A stretch of 64,000 nt of DNA from Eledone cirrhosa. Its lineage: Eukaryota. The translations under genes were made by a program, and so were the position numbers. Positions 15,001 through 27,829 of the stretch are shown here, one piece after another. The notes below the pieces were generated by a model, which worked only from the letters and a program-made list of their open reading frames with translations, was not told the DNA's origin and did no database searches. Within the stretch, counting starts at the first letter, position 1; every line of letters begins with the position of its first letter. The stretch is from positions 414,222,001 through 414,286,000 of the forward strand of contig OZ024741.1 in the NCBI GenBank assembly GCA_964016885.1, given 5' to 3'.

Positions 15001-18000
15001 GATGTTATAATATAGAGGGATAACCCTTTAAAAACATGTGAGATGTTATAAGATAGAGGGATAGCCTTTTAAAGACATGTGGAGATGTTATAAGATAGAA
15101 GGACGACTCTTTAAAGACACGTGGAGATGTTATAAGATAGAGGGATAACCCTTTAAAGACATGTGGAGAGATGTTATAAGATAGAGGAATGACCTGTTAA
15201 AGACACGTGGAGAGATGTTATAAGATAGAGGGATAACCCTTTAAAGACATGTGGTGATGTTATAAGGAAGAGGTATAACCCTTTAAAGATGTGGAGAGAT
15301 GTAATAAGATAGAGGGATGACCTTTTAAAGACATGTGGAGATATGCTATAAGATAGAGGGATGACCCTTTAAAGACGTGTGGAGATGTTATAATATAGAG
15401 GGATGACCCTTTAAAGTCATGTGGAGATGTTATAAGAGAGGGATAACCCTTTAAGGACATTTGGATATGTCATAAGGTAGAGGGATAATCCTTTAAAGAC
15501 ATGTGGAGAGATGTTATAAGAATGAGGAATGACCCTTTAAAGACATGTGGAGAGATGTTATTAGAGGAATGACCCTTTAAAGACATGTGGAGATATGCTA
15601 TAAGATAGAGGGATGACCCTTTAAAGACATGTGGAGATGTTATAAGATAGAGGGATGACCCTTTAAAGACATGTGGAGATGTTATAAGATAAAGGGATAA
15701 CCCTTTAAAGACATGTAGAGATGTTATAAGATAGAAGGATGACCCTTTTAAGACACGTAGAGATGTTATAAGATAGACGGATCAACCTTTAAAGACATGT
15801 GGAGATGTTATAAGATAGGGTGATAACCCTTGAAAACCATGTGGAGATGTTATAAGATACAGGGATGACCCTTTAAAGACATGTGGAGATGTTATAAGAT
15901 AGAGGGATAACCCTTTAAAAACATGAGGAGAGATGTTATAAGATAGAGGAATGACCCTTTAAAACAGGTGGAGACGTTATAAGATAGAGGACTGACCCTT
16001 TAAAGACATGTGGAGATGTTATATGATAGAGGGATGACCCTTTAAAGACATGTAGAGATGTTATAAGATAGAAGGATGACCATTTAAAGACATGTAGCAG
16101 TGTTATAAGATAGAGGGATGACCCTTCATAGACATGTGGAGATGTTATAAGATAGAGGGATAACCCTTTAAAACCATGTGGAGATGTTATAAGATACAGG
16201 GATGACCCTTTAAAGACATGTGGAGAGATGTTATAAGATAGAGGGATGACCCTTTAAAACCATGTGGAGATGTTATAAGATACAGGGATGACCCTTTAAA
16301 GACATGTGGAGAGATGTTATAAGATAGAGGGATGACCCTTTAAAGACATGTGGATATGTTATAAGTTAGAGGGATAACCCTTTAAAGACATGTGGAGATG
16401 TTATAAGAAAGAGGTATAACCCTTTAAAGATGTGGAGAGATGTTATAAGATAGAGGGATGACCCTTTGAAGACATGTGGAGAGATGTTATAAGATAGAGG
16501 AATGACCTTTTAAAGACATGTGGAGATGTTATAAGAGAGGGATAACCCTTTAAGGACATTTGGATATGTTATAAGGTAGAGGGATAATCCTTTAAAGTCA
16601 TGTGGAGATGTTATAAGATAGAGGGATAACCCTTTGAAAACATGTGGAGATGTTATATGATAGAGGGATAACCCTTTAAAGACATGTGGAGATTTTATAA
16701 GATAGAGGGATGACCCTTTAAAGACATGTAGAGATGTTATAAGATAGAAGGATGACCATTTAAAGACATGTAGCAGTGTTATAAGATAGAGGGATGACCC
16801 TTCATAGACATGTGGAGATGTTATAAGATAGAGGGATAACCCTTTAAAACCATGTGGAGATGTTATAAGATACAGGGATGACCCTTTAAAGACATGTGGA
16901 GAGATGTTATTAGAGGAATGACCCTTTAAAGACATGTGGAGATATGCTATAAGATAGAAGGATGACCCTTTAAAGACATGTGGAGATGTTATAAGATAGA
17001 GGGATGACCCTTTAAAGACATGTGGAGATGTTATAAGATAAAGGGATAACCCTTTAAAGACATGTGGAGATATTATAAGATAGAGGGATGACCCTTTAAA
17101 GACATGTGGAGATGTTATAAGATAGAGTGATAACCCTTTAAAGACATGTGGAGACGTTATAAGATAGAGGGATGACTCTTTAAAGACATGTGGAGATGTT
17201 ATAAGATAGAGGGATAACCCTTTAAAGACATGTGGAGATCTTATAAGATAGAAGGATGACCCTTTAAAGACATGTAGAAGTGTTATAAGATAGAGGGATG
17301 ACCCTTCATAGACATGTGGAGATGTTATAAGATAGAGGGATAACCCTTTAAAACCATGTGGAGATCTTATAAGATACAGGGATGACCCTTTAAAGACATG
17401 TGGAGAGATGTTATAAGATAGAGGGATAACCCTTTAAAGACATGTGGAGATATGCTATAAGATAGAGGGATGACCCTTTAAAGACATGTGGAGATGTTAT
17501 AAGATAGAGGGATGACCCTTTAAAGACATGTGGAGATGTTATAAGAGAGAGGGATAACCCTTTAAAGACATGTGGAGATGTTATAAGATACAGGGATGAC
17601 CCTTTAAAGACATGTGGAGAGATGTTATAAGATAGAGGGATAACCCTTTAAAGACATGTGGAGAGATGTTATTAGAGGAATGACCCTTTAAAGACATGTG
17701 GAGATATGCTATAAGATAGAGGGATGACCCTTTAAAGACGTGTGGAGATGTTATAATATAGAGGGATGACCCTTTAAAGTCATGTGGAGATGTTATAAGA
17801 TAGAGGGATAACCCTTTAAAGACATGTGGAGATGTTATAATATAGAGGGATAACCCTTTAAAAACATGTGAGATGTTATAAGATAGAGGGATAGCCTTTT
17901 AAAGACATGTGGAGATGTTATAAGATAGAAGGACGACTCTTTAAAGACACGTGGAGATGTTATAAGATAGAGGGATAACCCTTTAAAGACATGTGGAGAG

Positions 18001-20680
18001 ATGTTATAAGATAGAGGAATGACCTGTTAAAGACACGTGGAGAGATGTTATAAGATAGAGGGATAACCCTTTAAAGACATGTGGTGATGTTATAAGGAAG
18101 AGGTATAACCCTTTAAAGATGTGGAGAGATGTAATAAGATAGAGGGATGACCTTTTAAAGACATGTGGAGATGTTATAAGAGAGGGATAACCCTTTAAGG
18201 ACATTTGGATATGTCATAAGGTAGAGGGATAATCCTTTAAAGACATGTGGAGAGATGTTATAAGAATGAGGAATGACCCTTTAAAGACATGTGGAGAGAT
18301 GTTATTAGAGGAATGACCCTTTAAAGACATGTGGAGATATGCTATAAGATAGAGGGATGACCCTTTAAAGACATGTGGAGATGTTATAAGATAGAGGGAT
18401 GACCCTTTAAAGACATGTGGAGATGTTATAAGATAAAGGGATAACCCTTTAAAGACATGTAGAGATGTTATAAGATAGAAGGATGACCCTTTTAAGACAC
18501 GTAGAGATGTTATAAGATAGACGGATCAACCTTTAAAGACATGTGGAGATGTTATAAGATAGGGTGATAACCCTTGAAAACCATGTGGAGATGTTATAAG
18601 ATACAGGGATGACCCTTTAAAGACATGTGGAGATGTTATAAGATAGAGGGATAACCCTTTAAAAACATGAGGAGAGATGTTATAAGATAGAGGAATGACC
18701 CTTTAAAACAGGTGGAGACGTTATAAGATAGAGGACTGACCCTTTAAAGACATGTAGAGATGTTATAAGATAGAAGGATGACCATTTAAAGACATGTAGC
18801 AGTGTTATAAGATAGAGGGATGACCCTTCATAGACATGTGGAGATGTTATAAGATAGAGGGATAACCCTTTAAAACCATGTGGAGATGTTATAAGATACA
18901 GGGATGACCCTTTAAAGACATGTGGAGAGATGTTATTAGAGGAATGACCCTTTAAAGACATGTGGAGATATGCTATAAGATAGAAGGATGACCCTTTAAA
19001 GACATGTGGAGATGTTATAAGATAGAGGGATGACCCTTTAAAGACATGTGGAGATGTTATAAGATAAAGGGATAACCCTTTAAAGACATGTGGAGATATT
19101 ATAAGATAGAGGGATGACCCTTTAAAGACATGTGGAGATGTTATAAGATAGAGTGATAACCCTTTAAAGACATGTGGAGACGTTATAAGATAGAGGGATG
19201 ACTCTTTAAAGACATGTGGAGATGTTATAAGATAGAGGGATAACCCTTTAAAGACATGTGGAGATCTTATAAGATAGAAGGATGACCCTTTAAAGACATG
19301 TAGAAGTGTTATAAGATAGAGGGATGACCCTTCATAGACATGTGGAGATGTTATAAGATAGAGGGATAACCCTTTAAAACCATGTGGAGATCTTATAAGA
19401 TACAGGGATGACCCTTTAAAGACATGTGGAGAGATGTTATAAGATAGAGGGATAACCCTTTAAAGACATGTGGAGATATGCTATAAGATAGAAGGATGAC
19501 CCTTTAAAGACATGTGGAGATGTTATAAGATAGAGGGATGACCCTTTAAAGACATGTGGAGATGTTATAAGATAGAGGGATAACCCTTTAAAGACATGTG
19601 GAGATGTTATAAGATACAGGGATGACCCTTTAAAGACATGTGGAGAGATGTTATAAGATAGAGGGATAACCCTTTAAAGACATGTGGAGAGATGTTATTA
19701 GAGGAATGACCCTTTAAAGACATGTGGAGATGTTATAATATAGAGGGATGACCCTTTAAAGTCATGTGGAGATGTTATAAGATAGAGGGATAACCCTTTA
19801 AAGACATGTGGAGATGTTATAATATAGAGGGATAACCCTTTAAAAACATGTGAGATGTTATAAGATAGAGGGATAGCCTTTTAAAGACATGTGGAGATGT
19901 TATAAGATAGAAGGACGACTCTTTAAAGACATGTGGAGATGTTATAAGATAGAGGGATAACCCTTTAAAGACATGTGGAGAGATGTTATAAGATAGAGCG
20001 ATAACCCTTTAAAGAAATGTGGAGATGTTATAAGATAGACGGATAACCCTTTAAAGACATGTGGAGATGTTATAAGATAGAGGGATAACCCTTTAAAGAC
20101 ATGTGGAGAGATGTTATAAGATAGAGGAATGACCTTTTAAAGACACGTGGAGAGATGTTATAAGATAGAGAATGACCCTTTAAAGACATGTGGAGATGTT
20201 ATAAGATAGAGGGATAACCCTTTGAAGACATGTGGAGATGTTATATGATAGAGGGATAACCCTTTAAAGACACGTGGAGATGTTATAAGATAGAGGGATA
20301 ACCCTTTAAAGACTGGAGATGTTATAAGATTGAGGGATAACCCTTTAAAGACATGTGGTGGTGTTATAAGATAGAGGGATAACCCTTTAAAGACATGTGG
20401 AGAGATGTTATAAGATAGAGGAATGACCCTTTAAAGACATGTGGAGATGTTATAAGATAGAGAATGACCCTTTAAAGACATGTGGAGATGTTATAAGATA
20501 GAGGGATGACCCTTTAAAGACATGTGGAGATGTTATAAGATAGAGAATGACCCTTTAAAGACATGTGGAGATGTTATAAAGTAGATTACAACATTAGAGG
20601 GATGACCCTTTAAAGACATGTAGTGATGTTATAAAGTAGATTATGAAATAGATTGAGGACTCTTTAAAGACATGTGCAAT
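1..20680. repeat. 42-bp tandem satellite, roughly 490 monomers, running off the left edge of the window
   Basis: Consensus GTTATAAGATAGAGGGATGACCCTTTAAAGACATGTGGAGAT (42 bp) with 44-bp (+GA/+TA) and shorter variants; degenerates at about 20570-20680. Copy number is estimated as length divided by unit. Confidence 0.98.
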
Positions 20681-20681
20681 T

Positions 20682-21203
20682 ACATGTGGCACAACCATCA
20701 TTCCATGTGTCTCCCACGTTTTTGTTAACCCATGGAAGCAACATTTAGCACAACCATTCCATGTGCATCCCAGCTTTGTTAAAATATGGCAATCACATTT
20801 AGCACAACCATCATTCCATGTGTCTGAGCTTTATGGTAACACATGCCACCACATGTAGCACAATCATCATTCCATGTGCCTACCATATGGTAACATGGCA
20901 ATAACATGTAGCACAACCATTCCACGTGTCTCCCAATTTTATGTTAACACATGAGAATAACATGTAGCACAACCATTCCATGAGTCTCCTAGCTTTATAT
21001 TAACACATGAAAATCACATGTAGCACAACCATTCCATGCCTCCCAGTTTTATGTTAACACATGACAATAACATGTAGCACAACCATTCCATGTGTCTCCC
21101 AGTTTTATGTTAACACATGGAAATCACATGTAGTGCAACCATTCCATGTGCCTCCCAGTTTTATGTTAACACATGTAGCATAACCATTCCATGTGTCTCC
21201 CAA
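20682..21203. repeat. About 56-bp minisatellite, 9-10 diverged copies
   Basis: CATGTAGCACAACCATTCCA recurs at 20905, 20961, 21017 and 21071. Confidence 0.9.
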
Positions 21204-21543
21204 CATTATGAAAAGATACAGTGTATCTCTACATGTTGTAAGACGTGATTAAAAGGACTGGCATCAGGAAGGGTGTCTGACAGTAAAACATTGTCTCACA
21301 TCACATTCAACCCATACCAACATCCAGAATTGGAGGTAAAAATGTTGATTATCATCACCACTGTCACCATCATTATCATCATCACCATCATCACCATCAC
21401 CACTGTTATCTGCTTTCCTTTCATTTTTATTGCTTTCATCACGATAAGATTACATCATAAATATCCTCATAAACAAAAACAACTCTACTGTTGAAGTAAA
21501 CTTGTGCTGACATATGTCAGCAAAAACCAAATAATATTTATAA

Positions 21544-23177
21544 CTCCGTGTAACATATTTTTTGTTCCCTGGTTCTAAGTGTCATTTCATGGTTTGTTAT
21601 ATCCCATTATTATACAAAAAAAACACTATTATTTAATCAGAAGTTTGGGTTTGTGGTCAGGAGTTTGATATTTCGAAATTTTCTTATTTTTCAACAGAGT
21701 ATATATTTATTTTATTACACAAGCTTATCAAAAGCAAACAAGTAAAAACAAATAATACTTATAAAGCAACTTATACATGTCAGAAATGACTGGATTTCCT
21801 GGATTTGCGGTTGTAGTCCTCCAGGTCGCATTCCCGCACTAGCCCCCAGATCTAGTCCCCCATCATTTTTTCATTGTAGTGGCCCTGGTACCTCCGCTCT
21901 ATCTCTTTCACATCTTGGTGGAATCGTTCGCCTTGTTCTTCTGAGTAGGCACCCATATTGTCCTTGAATTTTTCCAGGTGAGCGTCCAGCATATGGAGTT
22001 TAAGCGACATCCTGCATCCCATGGCGCCAAAAGCCTTTATCAGATCCTGCATCAGTTGCTGGTAGTTTTCAGCTCTGTAGTTGCCAAAGCCCTTAACAAC
22101 TGCATTGAAACAGTTCCATGCTGTTCTCTCAATCCTATTGAGCTTATTGGAGAACTCGGTAGACTCAAACACCTTCTTTATCTGAGGTCCAACAAAAATT
22201 CCACCTTTGATTTTGGCCTCAGATAACCTGGGGAAAAACTCAAGAAGGTACTTAAAAGCGGCTGATTCTTGGTTGAGAGCCTTCACAAACTGCTTCATCA
22301 ACCCCAACTTAATGTGTAGTGGCGGCATGAGCACAATCCTGGGATCAACCAGTGGCTCCCACATGACGTTCTGGGTCCCAACTACAAATTCTGTTCGCTG
22401 CTCCCAGTTCTTTCTTTTGTAGTGGTCAGAGGTGGCTCTGCTGTCCCAAAGGCAGAGGAAGCATTGGAATTTGATAAAGCCTCCTTGGAGTCCAAGCAGG
22501 AAAGCCACCATCTTGAAGTCTCTAATGATTTCCCAATTGTACTGGTTGTATTGCAGAGCTTCCAAGAGGACTTTCAAACTGTAGTAATCTTCCTTCAGGC
22601 AGACTGAATAAGCTAGGGGCCGTGTCGGGAACTTGTTTCCATTGTGGAGGGGGACAGCCTTCAAACTTGTGGTGGAGCTGTCTATAAACAGCCGCCACTC
22701 CTTGGGCACAAACAGCACCTCAATAACATCAAATAGTCCAAGCACGTCATGGCAGAAGCCACCCCTAACAGTGTAAAAGCCTGAGAAAGGTTTGTGTCGA
22801 CTTCTCTGACTTGTCACCTGCACTTCCTCCTTGACCAAGTTCCACTGCTTCGTCCTGGAGATGAATGCTTAAAACACAACTTACCCTTTATTCAGGGTGA
22901 AAAAATCCAGTATCAATAAATCTCTTTAATCCACTTTTTAACAATTTTATATTTTATTGCATTTTTATAATTTTCTTTAGGTATTACTCTTTATTTTATA
23001 ATTTTAACGTAAAATCCAGCATACAAATAATTCTAGTGAATAACTTAGAATTTTTACAAACCCCAACTTTTAACTGTTTGATAGCACTTTTTTTTTTTAT
23101 TTATTTGGGACCTAAGCAACAGAAAAGAAGTGATTACAAGCCAGGAACAGAGAAAAAAAATTTTTTGTTACACAGTG
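21544..23177 (-). mobile_element. Chapaev3-type (CMC) DNA transposon, internally deleted
   Basis: Ends read inward CACTGTGTAACA (right) and CTCCGTGTAACA (left, degenerate). TAA flanks both sides (21541-21543, 23178-23180), matching the 3-bp TWA duplication known for Chapaev3. Contains a transposase remnant. Confidence 0.8.
21780..22860 (-). pseudogene. Chapaev3-like DDE transposase pseudogene
   Basis: Motifs WRLFIDSS..SLKAV.LHNGN, CFLCLWDSRA, PPLHIKLGLMKQFVKA, SLKLHML.AHL and SEEQGERFHQD. N-terminus is missing. Premature TAG at 21852-21854 (GD*IWGL); the frame continues to TGA at 21780. Confidence 0.85.
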
Positions 23178-23247
23178 TAATTAGATTTAGTTGAGCTTCT
23201 GTGAGAAGAGCCAGGTTCTGATAGTTCAAGTTAAGTCTTTCTTTGAT

Positions 23248-24080
23248 AGGAAACATTTTTTCATGCTCAGAGTTGCTGAAGCACGGAACAAACTACCTGC
23301 ATCAGTTGTTAGCTTCTGAGACACTGCATCCTTTAAAACCTCCATGGAACAAACTACCTGCATCAGTTGTTAGCTGTCGAGACACTGCATCCTTTACAGC
23401 CTCCATGGAACAAACTACCTGCATCAGTTATTAGCTGTCGAGACACTGCATCCTTTAAAACCTCCATGGAACAAACTACCTGCATCAGTTATTAGCTGTC
23501 GAGACACTGCATCCTTTAAAACCTCCATGGAACAAACCTGCATCAGTTATTAGCTGTCGAGACACTGCATCCTTTAAAACCTCCATGGAACAAACTACCT
23601 ACATCAGTTGTTAGCTGCTGAGACACTGCATCCTTTCAAACCTCCATGGAACACACTCCCTGCATCAGTTGTTAGCTGTCGAGACACTGCATCCTTTAAA
23701 ACCTCCATGCAACAAACTACCTACATCAGTTGTTAGCTGCTGAGACACTGCATCCTTTAAAACCTCCATGGAACAAACTACCTACATCAGTTGTTAGCTG
23801 TCGAGACACTGCATCCTTTAAAACCTTCATGGAACAAACTACCTGCATCAGTTGTCAGCTGTCGAGACACTACATCCTTTAAAACCTCCATGCTTCCTGA
23901 GATTCGCCAACACTACACCTAATATTCCCCCTCCATACACACACACACACACACACATGTATATCACGATTCATACACTGTTCATTTTCCTGACATTTCT
24001 ACATTATTCTATGTACTATACATGCACCTTTAATGAGTTGTAGTGCACCTGAGCACTGTACACAATAATTTTATTATTAT
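23248..24080 (+). mobile_element. CR1-clade LINE 3' fragment with an internal 61-bp tandem array (10 units)
   Basis: Translates RKHFFMLRVAEA.NKLPASVV..DTASFKTSML, matching the CR1 ORF2 C-terminal pattern FF..RV...WN.LP..VV......FK. The 3' UTR ends in an AGTGC-ACCTGA-GCACT stem-loop and an (ATT)n tail. Confidence 0.8.
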
Positions 24081-24085
24081 ATAAT

Positions 24086-24278
24086 AATAATTGTTTCTAC
24101 TTTTGGCACAAGGCCAGCAATTCCCCAGTGCATTACTGGTACTTTATTTTATCGACCCCGTAAGGATGAAAGGCAAAGTCAACCTCGGCGGGATTTGAAC
24201 TCAGAATAGCAAGGGCCGTAACTCTTTGCATCAAAGCATGGCGTCCGACCCTCTACCGATACTGCCAATTCACCGCCC
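24086..24278 (-). mobile_element. tRNA-derived SINE
   Basis: Minus strand shows A-box TGGCAGTATCGG, B-box GAGTTCAAATCC, central GCCTTTCATCCTTACGGGGTCGATAAAATAAAGTACCAG (resembles a conserved invertebrate SINE domain) and an (ATT)n tail. Confidence 0.85.
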
Positions 24279-24289
24279 TTCTTATTATA

Positions 24290-25010
24290 TAATAATAATG
24301 GTCTTTGATTTAGGCACAAGGCCAACAATATTGGGGGAGGGGAAAGTCGATTAAATCAACCCCAGTGTGTTACTGGTACTTTATTTTATTGGTCCTGTAA
24401 GGATGAAAGACAGAGCTAACTTCTGCAGGATTTGAACATAACTATGCCCCAAAACATGTTATACAACACTAAATAGAAATAATAATTGTTTCTACTTTTG
24501 GCACAAGGCCAGCAATAACCCAGTGTATTACTGGTACTTTATTTTATCGACCCCGTAAGGATGAAAGGCAAAGTTAACCTCGGCGGGATTTGAACTCCGA
24601 TCGTAAAGGGATGTAACTACGCTGGAAAGCATGTCTGACCCTCTACCAATACTGCCATAGAAATAATAATAATTATTATATATGTATGGAACCGTAACTC
24701 TTGATGGAGTTGTAGGGGTGCTGTTGTGATGTACAGTTTCTTGGGAACTTTTTAAACCTGGTGGTGCCCATTTGCTCTCTAAGTCTGAATACAGCAGATT
24801 TCTTCCAAAAGAGGAGAAAGAATGGTAGAGGGGAAGAGAGAAAGAGATATAGAGGAAGAAACGACCCTAGTACTTGACTGCTATTTTTTTTACCGACCTC
24901 AAAAGGATAAAAGGCAAAATTTACCTCGGCAGGATTTGAACTCAGAGAGGAAAGAGCTAGAACAAATACAAAGCATTCTATCCGATCTTCTAATGACTGA
25001 CAATTCACCA
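24290..25010 (-). mobile_element. Three further truncated or diverged copies of the same SINE (about 24290-24440, 24479-24657, 24863-25010)
   Basis: GGCACAAGGCCA...TACTGGTACTTTATTTTAT...AAGGATGAAAG...GATTTGAAC blocks recur; the third copy is more degenerate. Related fragments occur at about 27755-27811 and 35345-35485. Confidence 0.8.
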
Positions 25011-25032
25011 CTATAATAAAATAAATATATAA

Positions 25033-25712
25033 ACAACAAAAAGCACCCAGTCCACACTGTAAAGTGGTCATGTAGGTGTCACAACAAAAAGCACCCAGTT
25101 CACACTGTAAAGTGGTCATGTAGGTGTCACAACAAAAAGCACCCAGTTCACACTGTAAAGTGGTCATGTAGGTGTCACGACAAAAAGCACCCAGTTCACA
25201 CTGTAAAGTGGTCATGTAGGTGTCACGACAAAAAGCACCCTGTCCACACTGTAAAGTGGTCATGTAGGTGTCACGACAAAAATCACCCAGTCCACACTGT
25301 AAAGTGGTCATGTAGGTGTCACAACAAAAAGCACCCAGTCCACACAGTAAAGTGGTCGTGTAGGCGTCACAACAAAAAGTACCCAGTCCACACTGTAAAA
25401 TGGTCGTGTAGGTGTCACAACAAAAAGCACCCAGTCGACACTGTAAAATGGTCCAATAGGTGTCATGGCTAAAAGCACCCAGTACACACTATAAAGTGGT
25501 CATGTAGGTGTCACAGCTAAAAGCACCCAGTACACACTATAAATGTGATTGGCACTAGGAAGGGCATCCAGCCATAGAAACCAAGCCAAAATCAGTTTTG
25601 TATGAGCAAGACATGGTTACCTGATCTGGTTTGTCTCACAATGGAACAAATCGTGTGACCCATACTAGTGTGGAAAAATGGACGTTAAACAGTGCAGATG
25701 ATGATGATGATG
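25033..25712 (+). mobile_element. RTE-related non-autonomous tail carrying a 48-bp tandem array (about 11 units, 25033-25545)
   Basis: Unit AAAGCACCCAGTCCACACTGTAAAGTGGTCATGTAGGTGTCACAACAA, followed by AGGAAGGGCATCCAGCC...GGACGTTAAAC and (GAT)n, as in the RTE copies in this window. Confidence 0.85.
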
Positions 25713-25772
25713 TAGTTTGGTGTGTGTTTTGAAAATGTATGAATAAATAAATAAGTTTTTATTGTAATTTTA

Positions 25773-25915
25773 ATCATCATCATCATCATTACCATTTAAC
25801 GTCTATTTTTCCATGCTTGCATGGGTTAGACAGGTTGTCCACGTTATGAGACAATCTGGCCAGTTGGCTGCACCATACCTTGCTCAGACGGAACTGTATT
25901 TTGGCTGGGATTTTT
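25773..25915 (-). mobile_element. RTE-related tail fragment
   Basis: (CAT)n followed by TTTAACGTCTATTTTTCCATGCTTGCATGGGT, the reverse complement of the RTE 3' end. Confidence 0.7.
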
Positions 25916-26229
25916 ATATACAGGATGAACATAAAGTGTTTCTTGATTATAAACCTTTATTAAGCAGAACATAAACAAGATAGAAAAACAGTTTTTGGCC
26001 CACTATGTCTAGAAGTTTGTTTCATTCACACATGAACTTCAGTGAACTTCAACATGGGCCCCACCGGGGACTGGGATCACATCAATTTCAAACACTTTAT
26101 GCTCATGCTGTATATACATGTAGTGAGAGGTTCAATCTCTAGCTGAGGCTGCCGAAATAATTTTATTGTAGTGCAGCTCAGCATTGTACACAATAATTTT
26201 CATCCCAGATCTTCTTGGGTCTCCCCACT

Positions 26230-26637
26230 CCGATGGAAGCGGTGGAGTGGGAGAGACCCAAGAAGACCTGGGATAAGGTGATAAAAGCCAACCTTACCCA
26301 ATTGCACCTCTCAAGGGTGATGACACATGACCGTGACCTCTGGCGTCACACAGAAGACCCGACCCCCCACGGGTTCAAGCTGAAGCATATAGACAATATG
26401 CCCCCACACCCTCTCACTGTAAAGTGATCGTGGAGGCGCCACAGCAAAAAAGCACCCAGCCCACACTGTAAATGAGGTTGGTGTTAGGAAGGGTATCCAG
26501 CTTTAGAAATCAAGCCAGAATCAGTTCCCGTATGAGCAAGACATGGTCGGCCGACCGGGCACTGCCTACAACAGGACAACCCGTCTGACCCATGCTAGCG
26601 TGGAAGAACGGACGTAAAACGGTGATGATGATGATGA
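26230..26637 (+). mobile_element. 5'-truncated RTE fragment (ORF end plus 3' UTR)
   Basis: RPKKTWDKVIKANL...HDRDLWR resembles the RTE C-terminus; the UTR contains AGGAAGGGTATCCAGC and ends in (GAT)n. Confidence 0.8.
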
Positions 26638-26668
26638 TTTTATGTTAAAATCTAATTAAGAAACCTAC

Positions 26669-26826
26669 CTGCAGCAAAACGTACTTTCCAGTCATCTGAT
26701 CCAAAATCATTTTCTACCATGTGCCAGAGTATATCAGCTCCAGTAGGTAAGGTAAGAGTATGTAGAAGGAATGGCACACAAATGGATGCCAGCTGAGAAT
26801 GTTCTGCTTGCATCATCTTCCACAGA
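26669..26826 (-). CDS. unc79: UNC79-like protein, coding exon (5th in window)
   Basis: Acceptor TTGCTTCAG, donor G|GTAGGT, 158 nt, phase 2 in and 1 out. LWKMMQAEHSQLASICVPFLLHTLTLPTGADILWHMVENDFGSDDWKVRFAA resembles recalled vertebrate UNC79 LWRVVKSEFSQLSSLAVPLLLHALSLPHGADIFW...DWKMRFEA. Confidence 0.9.
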
Positions 26827-26881
26827 CTGAAGCAATAACATTATTAAAGAGAAAATAACAAACTAATTAATATACTGAATA

Positions 26882-27751
26882 CTAGCAGTGGTACCCAGCG
26901 TTGCATGGGATAAGGTATTTTGGAACGCGGGCCGCCAACAGACCTAATCGTAGAAAAACTGCATGCCTGGACAATATGTAAAGAAAATAAACCGAATACT
27001 CTGATGGCTGGATAATCTTTAAGATATTCTTCAATGAAGCAGGAAAAATGCAGGTTTTCACCTAATGCGGGCCCTGGGGGATCAAGAAAATGAATTTTTT
27101 ATATGCATAATATGCCTTGAAAATATCGGGAAAATCGGCTAGACGTAACGCCTCAAAAAAGCTGAAAAAATGAAGTTTTTCACCTAATGCGAGCCCTAGG
27201 CCATAAGAAAGTTGGATTTTATTTGCTTACGGTATGAAAAAGAGACTGACTAATACATAGTTACAATTTCAAGGAAATCAGTCTGACATAACGCTTCAAG
27301 AAAACCCTAAAGATCTTAAAAAAGCAGTTTTTCACCTAATGCGGGCCCTAGGAGATAAATAAGTAATACACATGTAAAGTTTGGAAAAAATCGGTTGGGT
27401 ACTTCTTGAGTTTTAGGGATTCAAACTCAGACACACACACACATACAGACATCCTCAGGGAAGTGACATAATGCAGACAGCCAGACATACCGATGGATAT
27501 TATAAGGGCGCGACGTTATAACTATGTATCTATCTAAAAAGAGAAAGACTAAGAATTATAGAGAGAGATCGCTAATTTGCCTAATGCGATCCCTAGGGCA
27601 TTGAAATTTGAATTTGTTTTTGCTCAGAACACTCCCTGACACATAAGTATTACATGTGTAAAGTGTGAAAACAGTCGGTTTGATGGTTCTCGAGTTTTAG
27701 GGATTCGAACTCACACACACAGATAGACATCCTCAGTTTTATATATATTGA
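26882..27751 (-). mobile_element. Non-autonomous Helitron
   Basis: Minus strand begins TCAATATATATAAAA and ends with a CCCATGCAACGCTGGG hairpin followed by CTAG. Inserted between A and T with no duplication. Internal repeats of CCTAATGCG(G/A)..CCT(A/G)GG. Confidence 0.75.
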
Positions 27752-27829
27752 TAATGAAGTGTTTCTAATTTAGGCACAAGGCCAGCAAGTTTGGGGGAGG
27801 AACAAAGTTGATTAACCCTTTACCATTTA

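Noticed and set aside
518-18961. Many minus-strand ORFs with a 14-aa repeat (ITSPHVFKGSSLYL)
   Set aside because: A by-product of a 42-bp unit lacking stops in one frame; frequent 44-bp monomers break the frame.
1-20680. AGGGATAAC in the monomer resembling part of the I-SceI site
   Set aside because: Only half of the 18-bp site matches; treated as coincidence.
21450-21490. Possible next unc79 exon beginning AG|TAGAG (Val-Glu)
   Set aside because: It stops after about 12 codons and shows no similarity to the expected VEKVAVICRFL.
23171-23177. CACAGTG, identical to the V(D)J RSS heptamer
   Set aside because: It is the CAC-type terminus of the Chapaev3-like element; I see no properly spaced nonamer and no RAG2-like gene.
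25921-26085. Mariner-like terminal sequence after TA
   Set aside because: No matching second terminal repeat found, so not reported as a feature.
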